Positions 43,301 through 56,847 of a stretch of DNA of 64,000 nt are shown in pieces. Under the pieces are notes generated by a model. The model saw only the letters and a list, made by a program, of their open reading frames with translations. It was not told where the DNA came from and did not search any database. Numbering within the stretch: the first letter of the stretch is position 1; the number at the start of each line of letters is the position of its first letter. This DNA is from Octopus sinensis (Eukaryota), in the NCBI RefSeq assembly GCF_006345805.1, contig NC_042997.1, forward strand, positions 125,302,001 through 125,366,000, read 5' to 3'. Position numbers and translations under genes: made by a program.

Positions 43301-43669
43301 CCATTGCTGCTAACTATTTCTAGAACCAGATTTCCTCAGTTTCGTCGTTGTATTTAGTAATCGGTGCCGCGACTAACATCTCGCGGCTCTCGTTGGTCAC
43401 TCCGCTAGTTCCTCAACTGCTGCGCGCGTATCGAGCTTTCGTTCCACTGCATCTCCATCGCAGGGCTGGGGATGGGGTTGACTGGACTCGTCCTCACTTT
43501 CGGTTCCAGTCCTCTAAAGGCGGACAGCCGTCACCAGCCGTAAGATCGGTAGCTGAGAATTTAGTCTGCGTGATCGTTGGAACCTCGTTCAGGTCCCTAC
43601 ATAAACATTTGTCCTTCCTTTGGTTTACCTTTTGGTCCTGATCGAAGTTTTCTCATTCTCTTTTACTCT

Positions 43670-43856
43670 CTTTTACTTGTTTCATGCTGGAGCACCGTCT
43701 TTAAGTCGAGCAAATCAACCCCAGGACTTTGTGAGTCTAGTACTTATTCTATCAGTCTCTTTTGCCGAACCGCTAAGTTACAGGGGACGTAAACACACCA
43801 GCATCGGTAGTCAAGCGATGTTGGGAGGACAAACACAAACACACAAACATATAAAT

Positions 43857-43943
<87 letters not shown>

Positions 43944-44103
43944 TACGACGGGCTTCTTTAAGTTTCCGTCTACCAAGTCCACTCACAAGGATTTAGTCGG
44001 CCCGAGGCTATAGTAGAAGACACTTGCCCAAGGTGCCACGCAGTGAAAATGAACCCGGCACCATGTGGCTGGTAAGCAAGCTACTTACCACACAACCACT
44101 CCT
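43670..44103 (-). mobile_element. Family B SINE, best-preserved copy (tRNA head, CORE-like ccttgggcaagtg, internal (TA/CA)n, RTE-like tail)
   Basis: Minus strand reads aggagtggttgtgtggtaagtagc..gggttcattttcactgcgtggcaccttgggcaagtgtcttc. Octopus OR1/OR2 are known CORE-SINEs; identity with them is not verified. Confidence 0.9.
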
Positions 44104-44666
44104 GTATATCCTCATTGGAGAAAAACTAAAGCAATCCATCCTCTTTGTGTATCAATTTATTCAGAAATTGCTTTTTGCACGAATTGAACGATTCTCTCTA
44201 CATACACTCGACAAAACTAACCCCTCCGCATCACATACGACTTGTACCGTATGTCCTCATGCATAACTCTTCTGGTGGTGCATTCTTAAACTTTTGAACG
44301 GCTTTTATTGACTCTTTGATGATTTTATTGATTTTTTTCTTGGACTTTTTGTACAAAGTTATGTGTTCTGATGGTAGTACGACTGTGTGAAAGCATTTTG
44401 CGTTTAGCTGTTGATGTTGGATCCCCGTGAGCAGCTTCCGTCAACTTTGCAACTTTGACAACAAATGATTGCGCTGCTTTCAGAAGGTGACCTCTCTCTG
44501 TATCACTGTGCTTCACTTGTAAGGGAAAGGTTACAGTATGCCCTTCCTTTTGCTGAGTCAACCTGATGTCTGACATTATTTTATCTGAAAAGTAAGGAAG
44601 AAAAAGTTATAAGAAATTTAGGGCTCTTGAAAGAGGTCTCCTCGAAAAACTGACGCAGCCCGTCTA

Positions 44667-44711
<45 letters not shown>

Positions 44712-44713
44712 GC

Positions 44714-44745
<32 letters not shown>

Positions 44746-44982
44746 GTGTGTGTGTGTGTGTGTGTCTGTGCATGTGTGTGAGGCTGTGATATAAGAACTT
44801 TGCTTCCCAACCACTTGGTTCTAGGCTAAGTGCCACTGTGGGGCAACTTAAACAATTATCTTCTTCTATAGCCTCAGGCTAACCAAAGACATGTGAGCGA
44901 ACAAAGCTCGTTGCATCCGCGTGTTATTTTTTTATGTATGTGCATGTGAGCATATATAGATTGTGTGTGTATGTGTGTGTGT

Positions 44983-45252
44983 GGAGCGCAATGGCCCAGT
45001 GGTTTCGATTCCCAGACCGGGCCTTGTGAATGTTTATTGAGCAAAAACACCTAAAAGCTCCACGAGGCTTCGGCAGGGGGTGGTGATCAATGCTGTACTC
45101 TTCCACCACTCTTTCTCCCACTCTTTCTTCTGTTGGCCTGCTCGCTTAGCCAGCGGGGTGACGTCATTCGAAGGCTAAAACAATGCGAACGCATTGTGAC
45201 CAGCGATGTGTAACAACATCTGATGGTCTGGTCGGTCACGTGGTCACGTGAT
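44983..45252 (+). mobile_element. Family D SINE (tail Y) with a deletion in the tRNA head between two ggtt microhomologies
   Basis: ggcccagtggtt|tcgattccc, versus the full head at 2897. Confidence 0.85.
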
Positions 45253-45300
45253 ATATATATATAATATATATATATATATATACACACACACATACACTCA

Positions 45301-45473
45301 AAAATGAGACAAGAACGCAAAACATCCAGAGTTAGGTGAAACAAAACAAGGGGGGCGGAATCAAAATACCCAGACAGACGATACAAGGTAAATAAAGACG
45401 GATCATTCGGAGTTTTCTATCCTCAGTGGAGTTCCAGATTATCCTTGCAATTTCGGTTGGTTATACTCGCAAT
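45301..45473 (-). mobile_element. PLE-like terminal fragment related to 24180-24300
   Basis: Shares the hammerhead-like motif and downstream sequence described for 23880-24315; bounded by (TA)n/(CA)n. Confidence 0.45.
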
Positions 45474-45751
45474 ATATATATATATTGCGAACTAAGGCGA
45501 ACGACTGCCATCTCTAGCGGTCAGGTGTCCAGTGCTAAGGAAGGGCTAAGGTTAGTCAGTCTTCTGGTCCTGTCAAACCGCTAGATGGTAGGGATTCGCT
45601 CCCCTACTTGCAATATATCGGACACAGTTTTGTGTCGTTAACTATCTGGAGAAGGTGTCCTCCTGGGGTTAAAAAAATACTAGTATCGTCGTTCAGTATT
45701 GTTGCAACTTGTATCGCTTAGAGATTTCAGAAGCAGTTACTTGCTTATATA

Positions 45752-46607
45752 CGAGATTTTATCGATAAGTATCAGGACTGTTGTCATAGTAACAAAGCTA
45801 AAGCATGCATTGTGCTGGGCATGTGCTCTAAGTTTTAACATTCTAGTACACTTCCGCTGTTTACAGCAGTGCTTCGAAGGAAGGTGTGTAGCGCGTGATC
45901 GTCACAGTGAACATGACAGGTAAAGTGGTCATGGTGACACCTGCTCAGAGGCATACGCAAAGTTGCAGAAAGTGTATGGGGAGAAATGTATGAGCCGCAT
46001 ACAAGTGTTCGAGTTTTTCAGACATTTCCAAAATGGCCGTAAAAATGTCGATATTGACGAAAGTTCTGGGAGACCCGCAACCAGCAGAACTGAGAAAAAC
46101 ATCACAGTTGTGCGTGCAGCTGTCAGGGGAAATCGTCGAATCATCATCCGTGAGTTATCAGAAGTTGTACAGATTAGTTACGATTCAGTTGAGTCCATCA
46201 TCACTGAAGATTTATGTATGAGACCCGTGTCTGCCAAGTTTCTGCTAAAACTGCATTCAGCTGACCAAAAATACACTCGGGTTTCAGTTGCACAAGATCT
46301 ACTTCATTCTGTGGAGAGCGATGGAATCTTTTTGAAAACTTTGCATATGCCTCTGAGCAGGTATCGCCAACCCTTGGCAAAATTTGTTGCAGATTCTCTG
46401 CTCAACTTTGTCATCGTCAATGCGATGATCACCCGCTACACGTCTATATTCCAAGCACTGCTATAAATAGCGGAAGCGAGCTAGAGCGTTAAAATTTAGT
46501 GCGCATGTACAGCAAAATTCGAGGTCAATCTATACCAAGCGGCTTCATTCTCCGTGCTATAGCTTCTTTACTATAGCAACAGTCCCGATACTTATTAATC
46601 AGAGCTC

Positions 46608-46608
<1 letters not shown>
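45752..46608 (+). mobile_element. Internally deleted mariner with about 40-bp imperfect TIRs; N-terminal DNA-binding region retained
   Basis: tacgagattttatcgataagtatcaggactgttg / caacagtcccgatacttattaatcagagctcg; ORF YGE..SR..VFEF..F.NGR..SGRPATS..NRRIIIRELS. Confidence 0.85.
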
Positions 46609-46679
<71 letters not shown>

Positions 46680-46680
<1 letters not shown>

Positions 46681-46890
46681 CTGTGTGTCTTTGTATCTGT
46701 TCTTGTCCCCTTCACCATCGCTTGACAACCGATGGTGGTGTGTTCATGACCCCGTAACTTAGCGGTTCTGCAAAAGAGACTCATAGAATAAGTTCTCGGC
46801 TTACAAAGAATGAGTCCTGGGGTCGGTTTCTTCGACTAAAGGCGGTGCTCAAGCATGGCCATTGTCAATTGACTGAAACGTGAAAAAGAA
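46680..46890 (+). mobile_element. 3' half of a family B SINE
   Basis: ccatcgcttgacaaccgat..ggcggtgctcaagcatggcc..tgactgaaac. Confidence 0.8.
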
Positions 46891-47352
46891 TGCATATATA
46901 TATATATATATATATTATAACAGCGGAGTCAAACGTAGCTGAGATTCGAACTAAGAACGATGAGATGGGATTAAATATTTTATAATCGATTCTCTGTGTC
47001 TGTCACTGTACCGTTTCTGTCTCTGCACCACTGTGAAGTAGTGAAATATTGGCGTGTTCAGGCATTTTATGCGATATTCCATGCGATGACGATGTTGGCG
47101 GAGGCGGGGAGTGTGTGCGTGGTAGTGGTGAGGGGGTTAAAACAGTGGGTGGGGGGTGAGTTTAGAAAAGCAGCAGAAATTCTATTAACTCACCAAGGAA
47201 GCTGTTTATGTTTTGTTCAATGTCATCACATTGAAATGGATCGACTCGATTAATATTAAATTCTTCTTCAACCACCACCACCCTTCCCTTACACCACCGC
47301 CATTACCATCATCCTCGTCGTCGTCATCTTCATCATCATCATTACAATCTCT

Positions 47353-47390
<38 letters not shown>

Positions 47391-47439
47391 ACTGCTACCA
47401 CGCTCTTCCAGTATATGTTTATAGCAAGTAAATCACTAT

Positions 47440-47719
47440 TGAACACATAATTTACAGTTGCAGGGTGGATATAGAGGTGTGGTGACGGCGGCATTAATAG
47501 ATGTGAAGGTGTTGGTAATGGTGGTGGTGGTGGTGGTGGACAATGTGAAGGAGGCGATGATGCTGGCGATGTTGGTGCTGGTGTTAATGGTGCTGATGAT
47601 GATGGTAATGTAGGTGTCGGTAGTCGTAAATGCCATGCTAATGATGTTGTCGGTGTTAGCAGTGACAGTGGTGGTGCTGCTGGAATGGTGGTGGAGGTAG
47701 TGGCAGCGGCGACGGCTGT

Positions 47720-47758
<39 letters not shown>

Positions 47759-49031
47759 AGCGGCGGCTGCAGCGGCTCTGGTGGTGGTGGCGGTGGTGGC
47801 CATGGTGATGGTGGTAGCCGTGGTGGTGGTGGTAGCCGTGGTGGTGGTGGTGGCCGCGGTGGTGGTGGTAGCCGCGGTGGTGGTGGCCGTGGTGGCCGTG
47901 GACGCCGTGGTGGCCGTGGTGGTGGTAGTGGTGGCGGTCGTCGTTGTGGACGTTGTGATGGTTTGGCTGATGCTAGTGATGGTGGTGACGGTGTTGGTAT
48001 CGATGGTAATGACGGCAGTGGCGGCGACGGCGGTGGGACTGCTGGTGGTGGTTGTGGTGGTGGTGCAAGAAGAAACGTATACGAAAGTGGCGATGTGGAC
48101 AAGGTATGACGGGTGCGATAGGTGTGGCGGTGGGTTTGATCATGACGGTGATGATATACGAGAAGGTGCTGGTACTGGCAGTGGCGGCAATGGTAGTGGC
48201 GATGGTGGTGATGGTGGTGGTGGTGGTGGTGGTGGCGATGGTGGTGGAGGTGGTGACGGTGGTGGTGTTAGCATTTGTATTGTTTGTTTTTTTAGCCCCA
48301 AAATCGATCTTCATCGAGCAGACCTGTGATCGAAGGCAGTCCAGCCGTGACTACCATGAATGCTCATTTTTATCCAGTCATAATGGTCATCGGAGTACAT
48401 TATTTAATGTGTCCTTACAGTACTCAAGACGACAAAGTGTTGTCTGAGGTAAATTTAGCTGTTATTTCTAACAAGTTGTGGCGGCGGCGGCGGTAGTGGT
48501 AGTGGTGGTGGTGCTGGTGGTGGTGCTGGTGCTGGTGCTGGTGGTGGATTTTATGAAGATTATGTTGATGACGATTGAGATGGTAATAATGGTGGTGATG
48601 ATGGTCTACCGACGACTACCGACACCTACATTACCATCATCATCAGCACCATTAACACCAGCACCAACATCGCCAGCATCATCGCCTCCTTCACATTGTC
48701 CACCACCACCACCACCACCATTACCAACACCTTCACATCTATTTCGTAGTGTTGTTTGGAGCCGGCGATGATAGAAGTGCAAGTTGTAATGACAGTATTG
48801 TTGTTGTTGTCGTTGTTGTTGCTGTTGGTCGTGGTGGTGGTGGCGGTGGTGATGACGGCGGCGTTTGTGGTGACAGATGTGAATGTGGTAACGACTGCTG
48901 CGGCAGCAGCGGAGTCAGCGAGAGTGAAGCTGTTAATGGTGATTATGGTTGAGGGTGGTGTTGGTCGTGGCAGGGTGGTGTTGAAAGCAGTAATAATAAT
49001 AATAATAATATTAATAATAATAATAATAATA

Positions 49032-49075
<44 letters not shown>

Positions 49076-49093
49076 ATGATAATGATAATAATA

Positions 49094-49128
<35 letters not shown>

Positions 49129-49143
49129 GTAATAATAATAATA

Positions 49144-49201
<58 letters not shown>

Positions 49202-49250
49202 TAATAATAATAGTCGTGGGGGTTGTGGTGGTAGTAATGGCGGTATTGGT
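47440..49250. repeat. Second trinucleotide cluster: (GGT/GGC/GAT)n, (TAA)n, (TAG)n
   Basis: Directly visible; contains a 132-bp inverted duplication. Confidence 0.9.
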
Positions 49251-50007
49251 GACATGAAAAAGAGAATACATTTCGGCTTCATTTGATATAGTTAAACATA
49301 AACATTATTTGAAATAATTTGTTTTTGCTGGTCTATAAAATGGATTTAAAGACAAATAAAGTCTTCTTAATAGGAGCGCCAGCCGGATGTGTAGTTCCGT
49401 TCATGCCCATACGCACTCTGTGACGTCACTTAGCGATATTTTCGTCTCATAATGAACTGAAGACAATAAAGAAGAATTCAATTAAATCTAAAATGAATTC
49501 ACATATCCTTTTTATGGTTTTCTTATACTAATATAGATGAGAAAATAATAATTTTCAACTACATTTGGCGTGGTACCATATATAGAAGTAAATACCATAT
49601 ATGGTAGTCAATACTATATAAGGAAGTCGATTAAAGTCGTAATTGTAAAGAGATTGTCCAGACTTAAAATAATCTGGAAGCATTTAAAAATCAGTTTGGT
49701 TACAGCGACTGCAGTTTTGACCTTTAGTTTTGATAGACATTTGTAGAGGAAATAGTGCTACTTGATATAAGTAATGACTGGAGTAAGCGTTCTCTCAGAA
49801 CCTACGCTTTTGATTCAGGATAAAAGTTTACATCATTTAATCATTAATATTCTTTAGAAAGGCATAAACATCACAAATTCTGACTCCGTCTTTAAATGTA
49901 GCAGTATCTCTGATATTTGCCGTAATTCTGTGCTTGATAAAAGGAAAAGAGAAAGAATCCTCAACGAGAACTTCTTTAAAGTGCAATAATTATACGCTTT
50001 AGACAAT

Positions 50008-50470
50008 GAGCTGGCAGAATCTTAACATGATGCAAGCCGGCGAGCTGTCAAAATCGTTAGCACGCCGGGCGAAATGCTTCGCGGTATTTCGTCTGCCGCT
50101 ACGTTCTGAGTTCAAATTCCGCGGAGGTCGACTTTGCCTTTCAGCCTTTCGGGGCCGATTAAATAAGTACCAGTTACGCACTGGGGTCGATATGATCGAC
50201 TTAATCCGTTTGTCTGTCCTTGTTTGTCCCCTCTATGTTTAGCCTCTTGTGGGCAATAAGGAAATAAAAAATAAGAAATAAGAATCTTAAACATGATGAG
50301 CATGATGTTTCGCGGCAATTTGTCTGTCTTTACGTTCTGAGTTCAAATTCCGCCGAGGTCGACTTTATCTTTCATCCTTTCGAGGTCGATAAATTAAGTA
50401 CCAGTTACACACTGGGGTCGTTGTAATTGACTTGTTCATCCCCCCAAATTGCTGGCCTTGTGCGGAAATC
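50008..50470 (+). mobile_element. Family A SINE (50033-50280) nested in the head of an older family A SINE, about 17-bp TSD
   Basis: agaatcttaacatgatg (50016-32) and agaatcttaaacatgatg (50281-98). Confidence 0.8.
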
Positions 50471-51164
50471 TGAAACCATCAAATACACACACGTAGAAAC
50501 GACACAATAAGAATACCAAGTTACTCTCAGACTGAACAGTTGCTCTGAATGCTTACGAAACAGTGAACTCCATGAGAGACAGGCAAGATCCTGGCGGAAG
50601 TGTTAACAGAATGGACACCATTAGAGACGGTTAACGGTCAGAAGGAGTTATTTAACCAGGCAGTGAATTAGGTTAACCCCTAAAATCTGTACAAGCCATG
50701 TGGTCTACTTCCGCAATCACTACCTACCTCGATTATTTCACAAGGCTTGAAGCCCCCCGAAGCAATGGTGGATTACATTTGTTCAAGGTATCGAACACAC
50801 TGGTAACAAACACAAGAACACGTGACTACAAAGCGAACTGCTTTAGCCAACGCGGTCATCCCTGTGCCTATCCGGCTCTACATCTACCTATAGGTATCTA
50901 CGTTCGGATGAACAAACGTAAGAAAAAGTGCTCAATATATAAAACAGAGTTTATTTCTTCACTTAAAACTAAGAATTGGTTTCTTACTTCAGACAACAGA
51001 AATAGACGGCGGAATCATATTGTATGCGCGTGTGTGCGTGCTTACGCGTGTGTGCGCGAGCGAGCGTGTGCATGTGTGTGCGTGTGTGTGTATGAGTGCG
51101 TCCATCTGTGTATGTGTGTGTGTCCGCGCTTGAGTATATATATATATTCTTTTATTCTTTAATG

Positions 51165-51384
51165 CTTATATTTGTTTCATTCATTTGACTGCGGCCATAC
51201 TGGAGCACCACCTTTAGTCGAACAAAATAGACCCCAGGACTTATTCTTTGTAAGCTTAGTACTTGTTCTATCGGTCTCCTTTGTCCAACCGCTAAGTTAC
51301 GGGGACGTGAACACGCCAACGTCGGTTGTCAAGCGATGGTGGGGGGACAAACACAGACCTCAGACACAACAAACCACACAACAC

Positions 51385-51416
<32 letters not shown>

Positions 51417-51427
51417 ACACACACACA

Positions 51428-51498
<71 letters not shown>

Positions 51499-51911
51499 CT
51501 ATATATATAGAGGGTGCCTTTCTGCAGGTTGCGAAGAAGTTTTGGGTGGGATTTTTCCTCTCCACCACAAGGCTAAGCAAGAATTAAAAAGGAAAGCAGT
51601 ATTTCAACTCATTTGTTCATTTTTGGCAAATCAACTATGTTTACATTACCAATATTGGTATTGTGGCAGAGCCTACCTTTATTTCTTTATTGCCCACAAG
51701 GGGCTAAACATACAGGGGACAATCAAGGACAGTCAAAGGGATTAAGTCGATTACATCGACCCCAGTGCGTAACTGATACTTAATTCATCGACCTCGAAAG
51801 AATGAAAGGCAAACTTGACCTCGACGGAGTTTGAACTCAGAACGTAACGGCAGACGAAATACCGTTAAGCATTTCGCCTGGCGTGCTAACGTTTCTGCCA
51901 GCTCACTGCCT
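51165..51911 (-). mobile_element. Family B 3' half (51165-51390) and full family A SINE (51680-51911)
   Basis: Direct matches to other copies. Confidence 0.85.
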
Positions 51912-53399
51912 ATTCTGCCACACTGGCTTCGCATGGCATGGCATGGCTTTGCATAGAGATGCAACATATATTGATACCCAGGAAAAAAAAGAAGGTAGGG
52001 AGGACCTTGCAGGAGCTGGAATAAATTTTAAATTCTTCGGTACCCAAATATGGATGAGGAAACCATGAGACTGTGGTGGGTGGACAGAAAGTGGTGAGGC
52101 CCTCGTCCAGAAATGGACGAAAGATGAGTATAGATGATGATGCACCTTGCATAAAGCTATAAAAATATACGAACCTTGTCAATGGTTTGAAAATCTTCTG
52201 AACGTCGTAAGTGGCCACTTAAGATCGTTGATAATTAAGGTATATGCTGTGGTTTACAATTCCCTTCAGAAACCAATTTATTTCTACCACATAATCTGGG
52301 CCCCTGCAATAATGGTAAGATTAGCAGCATGTTTCTTCATTCGAAAAATATCGGACCTTCGTACTTCACTATGAATGAAACGCATACTATTAGAGTTGCC
52401 TCTTAAAAAAAGAAGCATTTTATCAACCTTAGCGAGCATATAATCTTTATCTTTAGGGTACAAAGTTACAAATTAAGGAATCAGTTTTCAGAGATATTTC
52501 TGAGAGCTGTTGCGTAAGTTTTTCTTTTTCTTTTATTGTGCTATGAATATTAAGTTCGTTCCAGTTTGCGGTTGAATAACGCAGAATTGAACGGTTCAGT
52601 AAACATTTTAGATAGAATTTGACAAAGGAAACGCTTAAAAGTCCCACCCAAATTATTCTGGAATAATCGCAGATTTCATAACGATAAACCTTCGATATAT
52701 CAAGGTTGGGCTGTAAGTACTAGCTGACATTTTGAGAAGAGAAGAATTTTTCATTGATAAGAGTTAAACATATAAAAGAATCATGCAGTGTTATAAGCGG
52801 AAACAAAAGGAAATATTCAGTGGGATTTTTATTGTAGCTATTTCTTCAATCAATTGCCATGTGGCGTGGAAATAACTTGAGATTCTTCAAATAGCTAAAT
52901 GTGAAAATAATATTCCTTAGAAAATTAGTGAAGTGAGCAAAGATATCGGGAAAGTTCAGTATGGTGCTTATAGACTGGAATCTATTGACAATTGCCGACT
53001 AATATCAGTGGCTCCAAGATGAAATAATAACGTTATTGAACTGAAGAAGTAGATATTGCGAAATTCAGACAATCGTTCTAGAATTGGACAATGTTTCTAA
53101 TATACTACATAACTTCATAAACAATTGGCGGATAAGTAAGTATTAGGTCATTCGGTGTCGGATATTAAAAAAACAAGAGCAACCCACTTCTATTGCCATC
53201 ACTATTGATATCAATACTAGTACTACTCCCACGATCATTACTATCTCTACTTCACTACTACGACTGCCACTACAACTACCAGCCACCACTACCACTATCA
53301 CCACCACTACTAATACCGCCACCACTGCTAGTACTGCTTTTGCTGCTACTATCATCATTTTACCAACACTCCAATTAATAGAATCACCATTACAAGGAG

Positions 53400-53805
53400 T
53401 CGGTGGGAATGCCTCTATATGTCCTCTCGAAATGCTAGAAATAAATCCACATGCTCAAACCCCACACCAAACAACGTCCCAAAATGCTCGTGTTGAAAGA
53501 TGAATGTTCTTTAGATCAGGCACGAACAACAAAATCCTTTGTATATAAGACAGAGACCACATCAGCATTCGCAGAATCAAGCAGTAGAGAATAATGTGGT
53601 TATGAGACCATTCAAACAATGATGGTACAACCACACGTCATCCTTCAGAAATAACGACAAGAAGATAGCTACGATATTAGCGACTCAGATATGAAAGTCA
53701 GAACGAGTGACTATAACATCAGAAGATAGAAGCTAAATAAAATAACGACTTCCACAAATCGATACAAGAAATCCAGACTCTCTTTAACAGAGAGGGCTTG
53801 AATTA
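53400..53805 (+). pseudogene. Old PLE GIY-YIG relic
   Basis: CSC..CSL..FVYK..; PFKQ*WYNHTSSFRNNDKKIATILATQI* matches the FKxRxYNHxxSFR..TxLSxxIW pattern. Confidence 0.6.
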
Positions 53806-53924
53806 TACGTATGTATGTACGTATGTATATATGTATTTATATGTATGTCTGTATATATGTGTATAGGTCTATATATGAATATATACAATATATACACACA
53901 CATATATATATAAAGATATATATA

Positions 53925-54380
53925 AGCAAATACAGATGACAAAACAATCAAAAGTCCACGGGACATTCACAGTTAATACGATTAAGTCAATGTTCAAAGA
54001 AGAAGAAAATTATAAAGCAGAAGTTATGGAGTAAAAGTGAAATGTTTCAGACAGCCCTTCGTCGGACACTAGAAGAAAGGAGCAACTGGGAAGAAAAGGA
54101 AGATAACAAAGCAAATAATAAAGAGCTGGGTGCCAGGAAAAATGCTTGTGCGTTAGGTTCGTAAACAAATGCGAAACAAATGACTTACTGTTCAACCATA
54201 TTAAACAAACGACCGATTAGGTATTTGGATTTTTAAACCATTGACTAATAATAAGAGAGTGGAATTGAACCAGTGCGCGTGTTAAGAATATTGGCATAAT
54301 AACACTCTCTAGACACAACAAAGTTTGTTTCAACACACAAATTCACATAAAGAATCTGCAAACCAGATATGCAAACGAAA
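53925..54380 (-). mobile_element. Old pLTR-like segment with degenerate hammerhead at 54037-54070
   Basis: Minus strand GUGU-CCGACGA-A-GGGCUGUCU-GAAAC-AUU-UCAC; pyrimidine tract upstream; ends in (TA)n. Confidence 0.35.
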
Positions 54381-54823
54381 TATATATTAGTGTATGTATA
54401 TAAATATATATATATATGAGTGTGTGTGTGTATGTGTTGGGGGGGGGTGCTGTGTAGTAAGTAGTAAGACGCTTTCTTCCCAACTACATAGCCTCGCGCC
54501 GACCAAGGCTTCTGAGTGGATTAGGGAGACGGAAAAAGAATACCGGTCGTATATATGTATAAATTTCAACTATATATATAAAACAACGTGCGGCACTTGG
54601 AGTCTGACGAGTCGTCTGTAAGGCTAAGCGCTTCATGGATGCGAAACCATTGGTCACTATAACATCCAGTACATAATTACTGCTCAAAGTTTTAGAGTGT
54701 GCTTCTTTATCGGATATAGAACCCACTGACGGTATATCTCTACATCTTTTTCGGATATAAGATCCATTGACGAGATGTGTGTGTGTGTGTGCGCGCGCTT
54801 GTGAGTGTGTATATGTGTATATG

Positions 54824-54862
<39 letters not shown>

Positions 54863-54877
54863 TAATTAATCATATAG

Positions 54878-55490
54878 GGTGGCAAAAAAATTTTTTGAAG
54901 AATTTTTTTGCCACCAGCGGCCTAGTGGGAAAAAATTAATAATCATATACCATTTTTAAGTTCAACGTCACAATCAAGGAACGCCATAATAGGCCATTCA
55001 CCCACTAGAATAACAGCCAAAGCTTTAACCGCAAATAACATCACTTCCGTAAACCAGGAGAAAACTTAAGAAACATTTACCCTGTAATTTCTTATACGAT
55101 GCACCGTTTCGTCTACGTTTTAATGGTAAACTAACCTGACTAAATTAAATTAAATCAAGCCAATCTACCATAGGTCCTTAGATTCATCAGTAAGAAAATT
55201 TAGGTCAGATATTGCCGAGGCAAGGACGAGAATGCTCGGAAAAATATCTGTTCCAACTTGGCTATTTCTTACGATGAATCTAAGGGCCTATGGTAAATTG
55301 GCGGCTATTTAATTTAATTTAGTCAGGTTAGTTTTACCTTAAACATTATACGAAACGGTGCACGTATAAAATTTACAGGGTAAATGTTTTTTAAGTTTTC
55401 TCCTGGTTGTACGTAATTGATGTTTTTGCGGTTAAGCTTTTGCTGTTATTTCTAGTGGTGAATGGCCTATTAGTCCGTTCCTTGATTGTG
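54878..55490. repeat. Foldback element: about 225-bp inverted arms (54969-55197 / 55265-55490) plus a 13-bp perfect hairpin (54878-54915), within (TA)n
   Basis: Arms align as reverse complements with many 1-bp indels. Confidence 0.85.
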
Positions 55491-56576
55491 GTATATATAT
55501 ATATATATATATATATCTATATATATATATATATAATATATATATATATATATAGATATTATATATATATCTATATTATATATTATATATATATAATATT
55601 ATTATGTAGTATCTATATGAGCCAGGGAAAATCTCGTCATTAACCACCAACCTAGAGGTGCATAGAAGTGCATACAAGAAAGTTGAAAGAAATGACGGCG
55701 AACAGAAAAGAGTTTATCTTTTGGGAATGTATTCGTGTCAATAGTTATCGAGCGTAGACTGACGGGAAATGTCTGGTGTACTAAGTATACATGTGCGCCT
55801 CAATGTGGCCTGTGAAGTGGTTGGCTTTACACGGACCATCTTAGCATCCATGATCACACCGTTGCTTGTTGACAGAACGCACCAGAGAGTTAGTTTCAGT
55901 TGACACAAAGCGGTCAAATGTTGGATTCAAGAGAAGAGAGGAGGTCGAAAAATGCATAATGGCCAAGAGTTTATCGCTAGCGGGGTGGGGGCGGATTTAC
56001 AATATACAGAGACTTTACAAAGTAAATAGAAAATGTGAGTCCGAAGAAAGAAAATAACTCCCAAAAAATTAGAGTTTAGAGTGTTTGATAGTAAGGAGAG
56101 AGTGGCGATAATGGTGGCAAAAAGTATACATACCGCGTTGTTCCTCTGCCTAGGGCTGACCGGAAATACCTTCAAACGTTGTTTGCATTTGCATGGTAGC
56201 ACATTTCACAATAGGACAAACTGCAAGAAAAGAACAGAACAGAATTAATCTGAAATGAAGCAACTTTGCAAGGGGTGGACGTATAGCAACACTACAAGTG
56301 CAAATTCACCTGACAAAATAGGTGACGAACAACACGACCAGCCACAAGGCGCACAAAACCTTTAAATATATTTTCATAATTTCAAACATACCGATAAGTA
56401 CACAAAAATATCTTTTACGCTTCAGGAAATAATGCTTTTGTCAATTTACAGTAATGCCTGACTCTACGCATTCTAACATAGATACAGAGGTCTATTAAAA
56501 AACAATATAAATTTTTTTTGCAAAGAAATACAAGGAAATGATGTGGTGCGTGTGTGTGTGTATGAGAGAGAGAGAG

Positions 56577-56616
<40 letters not shown>

Positions 56617-56809
56617 GTGTGTGTTTGTGTGTGTGTGTGTGTGTGTGTTTGAGTGTTTTCCCGCGCGCATGCGTGTGTGGTAATCAGGTAAATAAACATT
56701 TTCCAATTATGGGGTAAAGATTTCTTCGGGCGAAGAATTCTTTTAGTGTGCGCACTCAATAACGAAAATAGTTATATAAGATTGTAAAACCACCTTTCGT
56801 TCTCTCTCT

Positions 56810-56847
<38 letters not shown>

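Noticed and set aside
50698-50870. Possible CR1/L2 C-terminal relic (..LFKV..KANCFSQR)
   Set aside because: Only a few residues resemble the RGHxxKL..FFSxRV motif; not supportable without a search.
51921-51937. (GCATG)3 as an Rbfox-binding cluster
   Set aside because: A short pentamer repeat in a genome full of TGCATG-containing microsatellites; no verified nearby exon.
52100-52130. GTCCA-GAAA-TGGAC-GAAA resembling hammerhead stem II
   Set aside because: No CUGANGA upstream on either strand.
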